A DNA stretch of 64,000 nt, taken from IMG/VR virus record IMGVR_UViG_3300031951_000060, positions 1 to 64,000 of that record. The stretch is one strand, 5' to 3'. Below are positions 9,534 through 18,787 of the stretch, in pieces. The notes below the pieces were generated by a model. That model was given only the letters and a program-made list of their open reading frames with translations. It searched no databases and had not been told where the DNA came from. How positions within the stretch are numbered: position 1 is the stretch's first letter; each line of letters starts with the position of its first letter. This DNA comes from a virus. The position numbers were made by a program, and so were the translations under genes.

Positions 9534-9938
9534 ATGGCTCAGTTACGTGGATCTGCTTCTTCATATGATATAGGGAATAAACCTCCAACAATTGTTTGGA
9601 CTATTGTGAGAGGAGATACTGCATCATTTAAGGTTTATGTAACAGACGATGAAAAGCAGCCACTAAATATTCCAGACTGGAATATTAATATGAAAATAAA
9701 ACGTCCCAACAATACAGTTAACTTAGGCAAAATTACAGACGACGCTACATTAATTTTATCGCTAACACCATTAGCCGATGCAGATGATCAAATAGGAGAA
9801 TTTACAGTATCATTATTGTCATCAGAATCACAAATTCTTGAAACGGGAGATATCTTCGATATTCAATTGTCAAACGCAACATATGTTTGGACAGTTGCTC
9901 AGGGTAGCATGAAAATTCTTGAAGATGTAACAGATTAA
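9534..9938 (+). CDS. Virion structural protein, BppU N-terminal-like
   Basis: VRGDTASF...PLNI...FDIQL...WTVAQGSM; paralog-like to ORF 1709. Confidence 0.5.
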   Translation: MAQLRGSASSYDIGNKPPTIVWTIVRGDTASFKVYVTDDEKQPLNIPDWNINMKIKRPNNTVNLGKITDDATLILSLTPLADADDQIGEFTVSLLSSESQILETGDIFDIQLSNATYVWTVAQGSMKILEDVTD

Positions 9939-10162
9939 TGGCATCGGCAAAAATATTAGATAAAAATCAAAACAAATTAAAACTAATAAATGCAGTATCA
10001 TATGCAATAATTAACGTAGCAGATAATACAAGAGTAACTAAGATAAATGAAGTTCTTCCTTTTAGAGTTAAGTTTACTAATATAGGGATTGAAGGATATA
10101 GCAAAACAAACCCAGCAGGCATCGGCATTGCGGTAATTGGTTTTAGCAACTACATCCTTTAA
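9938..10162 (+). CDS. Hypothetical protein
   Basis: 74-aa ORF, translationally coupled (TAATG). Confidence 0.5.
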   Translation: MASAKILDKNQNKLKLINAVSYAIINVADNTRVTKINEVLPFRVKFTNIGIEGYSKTNPAGIGIAVIGFSNYIL

Positions 10163-10192
10163 TAATATAAAAATGGAGGTTATAATATAGCC

Positions 10193-10639
10193 ATGGCAAA
10201 AATATCAATACCAGCCGTAAAAAGTAAGTTCCAGACTGGTGATCGTCCTACTCAGCAGGATTATGAAGATTTGATTGACACCCTTGCTGGTGCAGGAAAC
10301 GATCTTGGCTCTTCTGGAAATAATGAAAACACAATCTCTGGCATTGAAAATGTCACAGTGATAGATAATTTTGACGCCACCGAATGGCGTATGGTCAAAT
10401 ACTTGGTCTCAATTGCAAAAACAACTGCGGGAGATAACAAGTTTTATGCAACAGAGTTGACCATCTTGGTAGACGGTACAAATGTAAACGTCTCTGAGTA
10501 TGGCACAATAGACAATGATGGGAATATTGGCACCATTAGCGTCTCCAGGGCTGGAAATACAGTATCCTTGACGGTTACTCCAGATCCTGCGATTAAGCCA
10601 GTCACAGTTCGTTATGCACGAATTGGACTTAAGGCATAA
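10193..10639 (+). CDS. Virion appendage protein
   Basis: KSKFQTGDRPTQQDYEDLIDT N-terminal motif; C-terminal domain resembles that of ORF 10655. Confidence 0.55.
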   Translation: MAKISIPAVKSKFQTGDRPTQQDYEDLIDTLAGAGNDLGSSGNNENTISGIENVTVIDNFDATEWRMVKYLVSIAKTTAGDNKFYATELTILVDGTNVNVSEYGTIDNDGNIGTISVSRAGNTVSLTVTPDPAIKPVTVRYARIGLKA

Positions 10640-10654
10640 CTAAGGAGATAAAAA

Positions 10655-12277
10655 ATGGCAACAGTCGTAAAAGACTTTAAGGTAAAGAATGGTCTGATTG
10701 TTGAAGGCGAAACAGGTACCATCAACAACCATGATATTCTTACAAAGAAAACAGATGACCAAAACTATATTATTGGTCTTATTGGCGGTTCTTCAGATTC
10801 CGCTAACACCCCAAATACAGTTGTAAAACGTGATGGCTCAGGCAATTTTGCTGCAGGTACAATTACAGCAAATCTTACAGGCGATGTAACTGGTAATGCA
10901 GATACAGCAACCACACTTGAGACTGCTCGTACAATTTCTTTGGCTGGAGATGTAACAGGTTCTGTATCATTTGATGGTTCACAGAATGTAAGCATTACAG
11001 CAACAATTGATGGATCTTTTGCAACAGATGCAGAAGTTGCTACTGCTAAAGGCGAAGCAATTTCAGATGCAGCATCAGATGCAACTACAAAGGCAAACGC
11101 TGCTAAGTCTGGCGCAGAAGCAACAGCAGCAGCAGCACTCGCTTCTGCAGTTTCTGATTTAGAAGATTATGCAGATCAGGCAGAGGCTGATGCTAAGGCA
11201 TATACCGATACTCGTGAGACTGCTATTACAGCAGCATATCAATCATATGCAGATACAGCAGAAGCAGACGCAAAGTCTTATGCTGATCAAAAGGTTGCAG
11301 ATCTTGTAGATTCTGCACCAGCACTTCTTGATACACTCAATGAATTGGCTGCAGCAATTGGCGATGACGCTAACTTTGCAGCAAACCTTGCTACATCAGT
11401 AGGAGAAAAGGTTGCAAAGGCTGGAGACACCATGACTGGCGCTCTTGTTCTTCATGCAGACCCAGTAAACAATCTTGAAGCAGCAACTAAGGCTTATGTT
11501 GATGCAGCAGAGGCAGATGCTAATGCATATGCAGATCAGGCTGAAGTTGACGCAAAAGCATATACAGACACTCGTGAGACAGCAATTACAACTGCTTATC
11601 AGTCTTATGCTGATACAGCAGAAGCAGATGCTAAGACATATGCAGATGGACTTGCTTCAACAATAAATGGAACTATTGCAGCACTTGATACAGACGATGT
11701 AGCAGAAGGTTCAAACCAGTACTTCACAGATGCTCGTGCTAAGGATTCAGCAGCAGCACTTCTTACAACTGCTACATTAGAAAACATCACAATTACTGGT
11801 ACAGGTAATGGTGGTCTTGTAATTACCGCAGAAAATGGTGTTGCAGACTCTACAACTGATGATCTTGCAGAAGGCGTAAACCGTCTTTACTTCACAGATG
11901 CTCGTGCAGTATCTGCTCTTGAAGCAGTTACTCCAGACTTCCCTGCAGTAGAGATTGCTTCTGTAGCAAAGCAGGTAGCAGCACAGGCAACTGTCGCAAC
12001 TGCAAGCACAAATACAGCAGTTTCATGGGCTAAGGCAGATTATCGTTCTGCTGAATTTCTTGTGAAGATTGCCAATGGATCTCACACAGAGGTTTCAAAG
12101 GTTATCCTAACACTTGACACTTCAGACAACGTAGCAGTTACAGAATATGCAATGGTTGGAACAAACGGTTCTCTTGGATCAGTTTCAGCAGACGTTTCTG
12201 GCAGCGATGTTCGTCTTCGTGTTACAACCGATAATAACAACTCAACAGTTGCAGTTATGGGTACGCTTTTAAAGTAA
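10655..12277 (+). CDS. Tail fibre/appendage protein with Ala-rich coiled-coil repeats
   Basis: VVKRDGSGNFAAG, LETARTISLAGDVTGSVSFDGS and APALLDTLNELAAAIGDD fibre motifs; internal duplication YADQAE.DAKAYTDTRETAIT.AYQSYADTAEADAK. Confidence 0.75.
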   Translation: MATVVKDFKVKNGLIVEGETGTINNHDILTKKTDDQNYIIGLIGGSSDSANTPNTVVKRDGSGNFAAGTITANLTGDVTGNADTATTLETARTISLAGDVTGSVSFDGSQNVSITATIDGSFATDAEVATAKGEAISDAASDATTKANAAKSGAEATAAAALASAVSDLEDYADQAEADAKAYTDTRETAITAAYQSYADTAEADAKSYADQKVADLVDSAPALLDTLNELAAAIGDDANFAANLATSVGEKVAKAGDTMTGALVLHADPVNNLEAATKAYVDAAEADANAYADQAEVDAKAYTDTRETAITTAYQSYADTAEADAKTYADGLASTINGTIAALDTDDVAEGSNQYFTDARAKDSAAALLTTATLENITITGTGNGGLVITAENGVADSTTDDLAEGVNRLYFTDARAVSALEAVTPDFPAVEIASVAKQVAAQATVATASTNTAVSWAKADYRSAEFLVKIANGSHTEVSKVILTLDTSDNVAVTEYAMVGTNGSLGSVSADVSGSDVRLRVTTDNNNSTVAVMGTLLK

Positions 12278-12307
12278 TAAAATAAATAAAAAGAGGGAGT
12301 GGTAATC

Positions 12308-12763
12308 TTGGCAACAGTCAACAAGGACTTCAAGGTTAAAAATGGACTTATCGTCACTGGTGGCGGTTCGTTCGGAGGAGCGGTAGTTGTAGGAACTCCT
12401 ACAGATTCTACCCACGCTACTACTAAAGCATACGTAGATTCAGTAGTAGGCGGAATGCAAGTCGGGGCTACCGCTCCCTCTTCACCAGACAATGGTGATT
12501 TATGGTTTGATACATTAACAGAAAGAGTTAATGTATATTATGGTGGCTCATGGCTTACCATAGCAACAATTGATGATACCCTCAATCTGCCAGAACATAT
12601 TCATGATGAGGCAATTGATGGCACAGGATTTATTGTTACTAAATTCGTCGATGGCGGTAGTTTCAATGATCCACAAGGAACTCCTGTAGACGCAGGAACT
12701 CCAACAACGTCATCTTGGGCATTAGTCTATAATGGCGGTATAGCAACAGATAACTTCAACTAA
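12308..12763 (+). CDS. Short fibre/appendage protein
   Basis: TTG start after GAGGGAG gives MATVNKDFKVKNGLIV, nearly identical to the N-terminus of ORF 10655; HATTKAYVD and APSSPDNGDLWFDT motifs. Confidence 0.6.
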   Translation: MATVNKDFKVKNGLIVTGGGSFGGAVVVGTPTDSTHATTKAYVDSVVGGMQVGATAPSSPDNGDLWFDTLTERVNVYYGGSWLTIATIDDTLNLPEHIHDEAIDGTGFIVTKFVDGGSFNDPQGTPVDAGTPTTSSWALVYNGGIATDNFN

Positions 12764-12820
12764 AATTGATGTTATAATAAGACATAAACTTGGTAGAAAT
12801 ACCATAAGGAGAGAATAAAT

Positions 12821-14482
12821 ATGGCAACAAGAATGCAACAGCGTAGAGGAACCGCTCAACAGTGGACTGACGCAAACCCTATTTTAGCAGCAGGAGAAAT
12901 CGGATTTGAGACTGACACAGGCAAGTTCAAGATGGGTAATGGTTCGTCTGCTTGGTCTGCCCTCTCCTACTTTACTGACTCATCAGACTTTGATACAACA
13001 AGTATCAATAATACAATTAACTCAACAGTAAGTGCAGCAATTGCAGGAGTAGTTGCAGCAGCACCAGGTGCTTTAGATACACTTAATGAGTTAGCAGCAG
13101 CAATTGGAGATGATCCAGACTTTGTGTCTACAATTACAGATGCAATTAGTTATAAGGCTCCATCTGCAAATCCAACATTTACAGGAACAGTTGCTCTTCC
13201 AGCAGCAACCAGCGTAACTATGAATGGCGTAAGTATTGAAACATATGTTTCTAATGAAATTGATCCAGTAGAATCACAAGTTAGCAATATTGCTTCTCAA
13301 GTTACCACAAACGAAGGAACACTAAATACTCTTTCTGGTACAGTTTCAAATATTGCAACTCAGGTAAATAATAACGAGTCTACTTTAAACTCTTTATCTG
13401 CATCAGTTGATACTTTATCTGACCAGGTTGATACAAATGAAACATCACTAAATTCATTGTCGGGTACAGTAAGTAACTTGTCTTCATTAGTTAATACAAA
13501 TGATGGAACCTTAACTCAGGCAGTTACAAATATCTCAACATTATTTGCCACAACCTCAGATCTAGAGGATGCAGATACAGCAATGGCAGCAGATATTTTA
13601 ACAAATGCTACAAATATTTCAAACATAGATTCAAACGTATCTACATTAACTGGAAATCTTAGTGCTTTAGATACACGTGTTGATGTTACAGAATCAGATA
13701 TTTCCGATTTAGAAACATCAACTTCTGCACACTCTTCTGCCACAATAAATGTGCATGGAATTGCAGATACTTCAGCACTTGCTACAAAATCTTATGTTGA
13801 TAGCGCAATTGGAAATACTGAAAATTATGCTGATACCGCACTTGCCCTTAAGGCAAATTTAGCGTCACCAGCACTAACTGGAACTCCAACTGCACCAACA
13901 GCGACAGTGGGCACTGATACAACTCAAATTGCTACAACAGCATTCGTACAAGATGCGATTGAGGCAGTTGTAGGTGCAGCCCCAGCAGCACTAAATACGC
14001 TGAGTGAATTAGCAGACGCTCTTGCTGATGATGCTAATTATGCGTCAACAGTTACATCTTCGTTAGCGCTTAAGGCACCACTTGCCTCTCCAACATTTAC
14101 AGGAACAGTTGCTCTTCCAGCAGCATCATCTGTAACGCTTGGCGGAACTGCACTATCAACAACACTAGCAGATAAGGCAGATAAGGCTGCAACTATTAAT
14201 ACAATGAATGGTTCTCATACTGCAGTTGCTGCAGATCTTGGAAATCTTCGTGAAATGAGCGGTGGCGGAACATTTACGATTCCATCAGACAACTCTTTCT
14301 GGCCAGTCGGCGGTACAGTAGATGTTCTTCAAACAGGATCATCTCAGGTAACTATTGTTGGCGCATCAGGTGTAACAGTTAATGCTACACCAGGTCTAAA
14401 ACTTCGTACTCAGTGGTCTTCTGCAACAGTGTTGAAGAGATCAGCAAATACGTTCGTGGTCATGGGCGACCTATCAGCCTAA
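12821..14482 (+). CDS. Tail fibre protein: Mtd_N-like N-terminus, heptad coiled-coil shaft, C-terminal ...GDL domain
   Basis: MQQRRGTAQQW..ANPILAAGEIGFETDTGKFKMGNG (major tropism determinant N-terminal motif); LDTLNELAAAIGDD; SPALTGTPTAPTA. Confidence 0.8.
   Translation: MATRMQQRRGTAQQWTDANPILAAGEIGFETDTGKFKMGNGSSAWSALSYFTDSSDFDTTSINNTINSTVSAAIAGVVAAAPGALDTLNELAAAIGDDPDFVSTITDAISYKAPSANPTFTGTVALPAATSVTMNGVSIETYVSNEIDPVESQVSNIASQVTTNEGTLNTLSGTVSNIATQVNNNESTLNSLSASVDTLSDQVDTNETSLNSLSGTVSNLSSLVNTNDGTLTQAVTNISTLFATTSDLEDADTAMAADILTNATNISNIDSNVSTLTGNLSALDTRVDVTESDISDLETSTSAHSSATINVHGIADTSALATKSYVDSAIGNTENYADTALALKANLASPALTGTPTAPTATVGTDTTQIATTAFVQDAIEAVVGAAPAALNTLSELADALADDANYASTVTSSLALKAPLASPTFTGTVALPAASSVTLGGTALSTTLADKADKAATINTMNGSHTAVAADLGNLREMSGGGTFTIPSDNSFWPVGGTVDVLQTGSSQVTIVGASGVTVNATPGLKLRTQWSSATVLKRSANTFVVMGDLSA
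13171..14125 (+). repeat. 37-bp exact direct repeat (13171-13207 and 14089-14125)
   Basis: tccaacatttacaggaacagttgctcttccagcagca occurs twice, 918 nt apart and in frame. Confidence 0.85.
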
Positions 14483-14510
14483 TAATAACTAAAAAAGGAG
14501 ATTGATTTAA

Positions 14511-15545
14511 ATGGCATTACAAAGAAGCAGAGGTAGAACAGTAAGAAAGTCTCAGGTACCAACCTTTTCAACTTCTTTTACTAGATCTCAATATCAGTCT
14601 ACCCTTAGTTCATTAGGATTGTCTTATTCGGAGTCGTCATTTAATACAAGTGATAACGGATTAGACCAAAAATGGCAAGCACAAAATATTACCCCAGGAA
14701 CAGTTGTTCCATTTGGAACTACTATTGGTATTACATATTATATGTATGTATATCCTGGTTTCAGCCATTACGGCGGATTTGGTCACTATGGTGGCTTTGG
14801 TCACTATGGTGGCTTTGGTCACTACAGTAACTTTGGTCACTACAGTAACTTTGGTCACTACAGTAACTTCAGCCATTACGGCGGATTTGGTCACTACAGT
14901 AACTTCGGCCATTATAGTAACTTCAGCCATTATAGTAACTTCAGCCATTACGGTGGTTTTGGTCACTATAATAGTTTTAGTCATTATGGGTCCTTTAGTC
15001 ATGGATATGGTGGCTTTGCCCACTACGGAGGATTCTACGGCGGATTTAGCCATCATGGTGGTCTAGGCTGGTACTCTATTGGAGCACAAACTGGTATTTT
15101 GACACCAACTGGATCAATTACTGCAGAAAATGTTAAGGTTGGAGATAAACTATTAGCATTAAATGTTGACGAGATTGATTTATCAACCTTTAATCCAAAT
15201 GATTGGACGTCTGAAACCTTTACATCTCCATCAGTTGTAGAAACAGAGGTTGTCTCTGTGGTAAAACATGTTAAAGATACTGCTGTAAGAATTAATGGTG
15301 ATGTATTTTCACAAAGCCATAAAATCCTAACAAGAAAAGACGGAATAGTGCAGTTTGTATTATCAAGTCTAATCGACGGATCTTTTGAGGTTTGGAGTTA
15401 TACTGAACAAAATTGGGTTCCTGTAACAGAATTTGAAACAATATCTTATATTGATAAGGTATATTCTATCAACTGTGAGCCATACGACATGTTCTTTACT
15501 AACAACATGTTGGTTTACGATAGCGATTCAAACATACCATCCTAG
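14511..15545 (+). CDS. PASTA-like domain + (xxF[G/S]HY)n hexapeptide repeat + C-terminal Hint-like domain protein
   Basis: VP......QSTLSSLGL...AQNITPGTVVPFGTTI (PASTA-like); about 15 GGFGHY/SNFGHY/SNFSHY units; SIGAQTGILTPTG...ENVKVGDKL...SQSHKIL...VYSINCEPYDMFFTNNMLVYD (Hint blocks A, B, F, G). Confidence 0.75.
   Translation: MALQRSRGRTVRKSQVPTFSTSFTRSQYQSTLSSLGLSYSESSFNTSDNGLDQKWQAQNITPGTVVPFGTTIGITYYMYVYPGFSHYGGFGHYGGFGHYGGFGHYSNFGHYSNFGHYSNFSHYGGFGHYSNFGHYSNFSHYSNFSHYGGFGHYNSFSHYGSFSHGYGGFAHYGGFYGGFSHHGGLGWYSIGAQTGILTPTGSITAENVKVGDKLLALNVDEIDLSTFNPNDWTSETFTSPSVVETEVVSVVKHVKDTAVRINGDVFSQSHKILTRKDGIVQFVLSSLIDGSFEVWSYTEQNWVPVTEFETISYIDKVYSINCEPYDMFFTNNMLVYDSDSNIPS
14754..15056 (+). repeat. 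18-nt coding tandem repeat (about 15-16 degenerate units)
   Basis: ggtggctttggtcactat / agtaactttggtcactac / agtaacttcagccattat variants in tandem. Confidence 0.9.
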
Positions 15546-15559
15546 TAGAAAGCGGTATC

Positions 15560-16303
15560 ATGGGAAGACTTCCTAATGATGAGTATTATCCAAAAGAATG
15601 GAAAGAAAATCAGCCATACGTTCATAAACACGAAGACATATCACTAAATTCTGATCGTGTAACTAAGGGAGATATGGCAACACCATTTTCCATCAGTCCA
15701 CAAATATCTGACTTTACGAGAAAGTTTGGCGAAGAGTTAGCAGAAATGCCTACTGCAGAAGAGATGGCTCAATGGCATTTTCCCTGGGATAAAGAATACA
15801 GAGAGGGAACATCCTTTTTTGTACCAGAAAATAGATATACTCATGAAGCAATATTTCCTCCACAATTAGTTAAAGATAATATTTATAAAATATTACTTTC
15901 TCCAGATATATATGTAAAGATAATTTCTTCTGAATTAATTTTAAATAGTAAAAAACACATAACAAACGAGTATAAATTTATTAGTAGAACTCTTTATACT
16001 CATCTAGAGCCTACAGATAAAATAATTGAAGATGAGTCTATGTGGGAAACTTGGTGCCCTAGAGTGTATCAATGGAATATTAGGTGGCTACCAAAAGACA
16101 ATGCAAGATTAACATTTTTTGTGGATAAAGATATTGAAGATATGCTATACTGTAATGTAGAGGAATACTCTATAGATACAAAAGATATTGACGGAGGATG
16201 TGTGGCAGTCCCAGTTACTTTTAGGAGGGGTTTAAAGAAAAAAATGGCATATATGAAACATGATACCCCTTATTTATACTTAAAGGTTGACACCTATGAA
16301 TAA
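15560..16303 (+). CDS. Hypothetical protein, probable divergent paralog of the next two genes
   Basis: PKEWKENQPY, ISPQISDF, YQWNIRWLPK and HDTPYLYL align loosely with PLWWRKQEPY, KCPGILDL, FVWDMRWGTK and AGTPIMSI. Confidence 0.5.
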   Translation: MGRLPNDEYYPKEWKENQPYVHKHEDISLNSDRVTKGDMATPFSISPQISDFTRKFGEELAEMPTAEEMAQWHFPWDKEYREGTSFFVPENRYTHEAIFPPQLVKDNIYKILLSPDIYVKIISSELILNSKKHITNEYKFISRTLYTHLEPTDKIIEDESMWETWCPRVYQWNIRWLPKDNARLTFFVDKDIEDMLYCNVEEYSIDTKDIDGGCVAVPVTFRRGLKKKMAYMKHDTPYLYLKVDTYE

Positions 16304-17009
16304 AAAAAATATTATAAACTTTATTCCAAAAGATGAATACACTATTGAGTATGCATCAAAGCCAGAGCCAATGTCTAAAAACTTCCCTCTATGGTGGAGA
16401 AAACAAGAACCATATGTTGGTGGAGAAAAAAGAGTGGTAAATGGGCAATATAATGAAACTGTAAAAAAGTGTCCAGGAATATTAGATTTACTAGTTACTG
16501 GTTATCTTCTTAAGACCCCATGTGATATTTATGTGGATACCACTGAAGATAAATTACAATTTCAGGTTCATGATGCACACAAAGAATGCGTAACTATTCA
16601 TACTAGAGAACAAGTTGGCAATTGGGATTTTGATAGATCTGTCTGGTCAGATGATATTTTTAGAATACATCCTATGTGGGTTGTAACTACTCAAAAGGGC
16701 TATAGTACTTTATTTATTCATCCATCATTTCACAATGACCTACCATTTGATATTGTTCCAGCAATTATAGATACAGACATGTATCCATCAGATGGGCCAT
16801 TTTCTATGAGATTTAAAAAGGGTTTTAAGGGTGTAATAGAGGCTGGAACTCCACTCGTTCAATGTATCCCATACAAAAGAGAGCATTTTGAAGCCAACAT
16901 ATTGGAAAAGCCTGATTTAAAAATTTTAAAATCTTTACAACAAAAATTAAGACACAAGTTTGGCGGATCTTATAAAAAATTAATGTGGGAAAAGAAGGTG
17001 TTTAATTAA
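16296..17009 (+). CDS. Uncharacterised DUF6065-like (dUTPase-fold-like) protein
   Basis: P.WW....KKCPGILD....GY.L.TP.D...W....KGYSTLFIHP...IIDTD...GTPLVQCIPYKR. Confidence 0.55.
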   Translation: MNKKNIINFIPKDEYTIEYASKPEPMSKNFPLWWRKQEPYVGGEKRVVNGQYNETVKKCPGILDLLVTGYLLKTPCDIYVDTTEDKLQFQVHDAHKECVTIHTREQVGNWDFDRSVWSDDIFRIHPMWVVTTQKGYSTLFIHPSFHNDLPFDIVPAIIDTDMYPSDGPFSMRFKKGFKGVIEAGTPLVQCIPYKREHFEANILEKPDLKILKSLQQKLRHKFGGSYKKLMWEKKVFN

Positions 17010-17770
17010 TGGATAAATTTGAAGAAAAGTATAAAAATCCAGAACCACTAGAGGACAACGTGGTAAAGTTTTTTACCTCTAGTGCATATATTAAAACAAC
17101 TCCAAGCCCAGTGCCAGCAATAAACAATTTGCCAAACTGGTGGAAAGATAGGCCAATCTATCAAAGAAATGATGATATTGATAGATTATCTATAGTTAAT
17201 AATCGTGGTGCGGATGCAGCATCTATTAGCGTTAAGCATTGTATGCCGTTTTTTGATGCTCTTACATGTGGATATCACTATCTTTTACCAACCACAGTGA
17301 CAGTAAAAAAGACAGATGACCCAGATACTCCAGACATATCCTGGGACCCAACAAAAGCACGTCCTATAGAGATGCGTGGACATATAGAACTTCCAGTCCC
17401 AGCAAATTGTTATCCAATTCACTTTGTTTGGGATATGAGATGGGGAACAAAAATGCCAGATGGTTGGTCAGCAATGATCACTCATCCAATTGATAGGTAT
17501 GATCTTCCGTTTTTTACAATGACGGCAATTCAAGATTCAGACAGATGGTTTACTGGAAATGTTGTGACATTCTTTTTAAGAAAAGATTTTGAGGGTGAAA
17601 TTCCAGCAGGAACTCCAATAATGTCCATTATTCCAATTAAAAGAGCAAATTGGACGATGGAAGTTGACCACTCCCTTATGCACGAGGGTCTGTGGGATTT
17701 AGAGAGAAAAAGAAATTATTTATATGGATTCTATAAAAAGCATAGATGGATTAGAAAAAAATATCGATAG
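17009..17770 (+). CDS. Uncharacterised DUF6065-like protein, paralog of the upstream gene
   Basis: PNWWK...VKHCMPFFDALTCGY...PDGWSAMITHP..RYDLPF....IQDSD...GTPIMSIIPIKR. Confidence 0.55.
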   Translation: MDKFEEKYKNPEPLEDNVVKFFTSSAYIKTTPSPVPAINNLPNWWKDRPIYQRNDDIDRLSIVNNRGADAASISVKHCMPFFDALTCGYHYLLPTTVTVKKTDDPDTPDISWDPTKARPIEMRGHIELPVPANCYPIHFVWDMRWGTKMPDGWSAMITHPIDRYDLPFFTMTAIQDSDRWFTGNVVTFFLRKDFEGEIPAGTPIMSIIPIKRANWTMEVDHSLMHEGLWDLERKRNYLYGFYKKHRWIRKKYR

Positions 17771-17778
17771 GAGATAAA

Positions 17779-18438
17779 ATGAACAACTACGAATATGGCG
17801 ATTCACATCAGCCAAGTGTTAGCAGGTCCAAAAAAGAGCATTTGTTCTTTGAAAGACAAATAGATATTAATGATACAGATCACCTAGCAAAATTAATGCT
17901 TGATCTAAATGAAAGAATATCTAGGGGAGAAGTGATCAAGGGAGATAGAAATCAGCACACCCCATGGGATAACTCTGGTAGTCAGCCAACAATTAATTGG
18001 AATAAATATAATGTATTTCAAGTATATGACAAAAACATACATACCCTTTTTAGGGCAGTTAGAGACATGACAGTTGAAGCATGTAAGCATTATGAGTTAG
18101 ACTTTACTAAAGAGCAGTTTATGGTTCAAGGTTGGTTTAATGTCAACTACAACCATATTGGAAAACTAGATTGGCATGAGCATGGTGGTGAAGGTGCGCC
18201 ACATTTTCATGGCTACTACTGCGTTAAGGCAGAGCCATCAATAACCTATTATCGTGTTTTTGAAAAAGAAATAGAAAATCATAATAAAAATAATCGTGCC
18301 ATATTGTCAGAGACAGGACACCCACATGCCATGGGTGACTGGGATTGGGAAGGTCCAAGAATTACTATAGCCTATGATGTAATTCCATTAAGACTTATTC
18401 CTATGGAGTGGGAGCAGCACTGGATTCCTTTGGTGTAA
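17779..18438 (+). CDS. Putative 2OG-Fe(II) oxygenase (HxH-type)
   Basis: WFNVN...WHEH...FHGYYCV...HPHAM...RITIAYD double-stranded beta-helix motifs. Confidence 0.7.
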   Translation: MNNYEYGDSHQPSVSRSKKEHLFFERQIDINDTDHLAKLMLDLNERISRGEVIKGDRNQHTPWDNSGSQPTINWNKYNVFQVYDKNIHTLFRAVRDMTVEACKHYELDFTKEQFMVQGWFNVNYNHIGKLDWHEHGGEGAPHFHGYYCVKAEPSITYYRVFEKEIENHNKNNRAILSETGHPHAMGDWDWEGPRITIAYDVIPLRLIPMEWEQHWIPLV

Positions 18439-18439
18439 A

Positions 18440-18787
18440 ATGTTATACACTGCTTCTGCCTTGTTTTTATTATTTTTAATATCTATGGTATTTTATAAAT
18501 ATACTATAGATACAAAGATAACAATTACAGAATTAAGAAAAGATCGTGATATATATAGAAATAAGTTATGGGTTTTAATTAAAAGAGGAGATAAACTAAA
18601 AGAAGAGTTTATAGTCGCTAACTCTTCAAATACTCTATATAAAAATCTAAAACAAAAAATTTCTTTGTTACGAAATGATCTTGCGGAAACAGATTTTGAG
18701 AATTATGAAAATATTAAAGATGAAATACTCAAGGCATTAAAAGATATAGATTCATATGGAGAGGGCAATGATAAAAGTAAAAATTAA
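18440..18787 (+). CDS. Membrane-anchored coiled-coil hypothetical protein
   Basis: N-terminal hydrophobic helix followed by a charged helical region. Confidence 0.5.
   Translation: MLYTASALFLLFLISMVFYKYTIDTKITITELRKDRDIYRNKLWVLIKRGDKLKEEFIVANSSNTLYKNLKQKISLLRNDLAETDFENYENIKDEILKALKDIDSYGEGNDKSKN

Noticed and set aside
12821-14482. Diversity-generating retroelement suggested by the Mtd_N-like domain
   Set aside because: No reverse transcriptase and no TR/VR pair differing at adenines in this window; the 37-bp repeat is exact
14754-15056. 18-nt repeat array as a CRISPR array
   Set aside because: Units are contiguous with no unique spacers, vary at synonymous positions and lie in frame within a CDS
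14661-15066. Overlapping ORFs 14661-15056 (-) and 14704-15066 (+) with VT-rich repeats
   Set aside because: Shadows of the FxHY repeat; codon variation is synonymous in the 14511 frame
16120-16128. Single reverse DnaA box TGTGGATAA
   Set aside because: Isolated and inside a CDS; plausible by chance in AT-rich DNA
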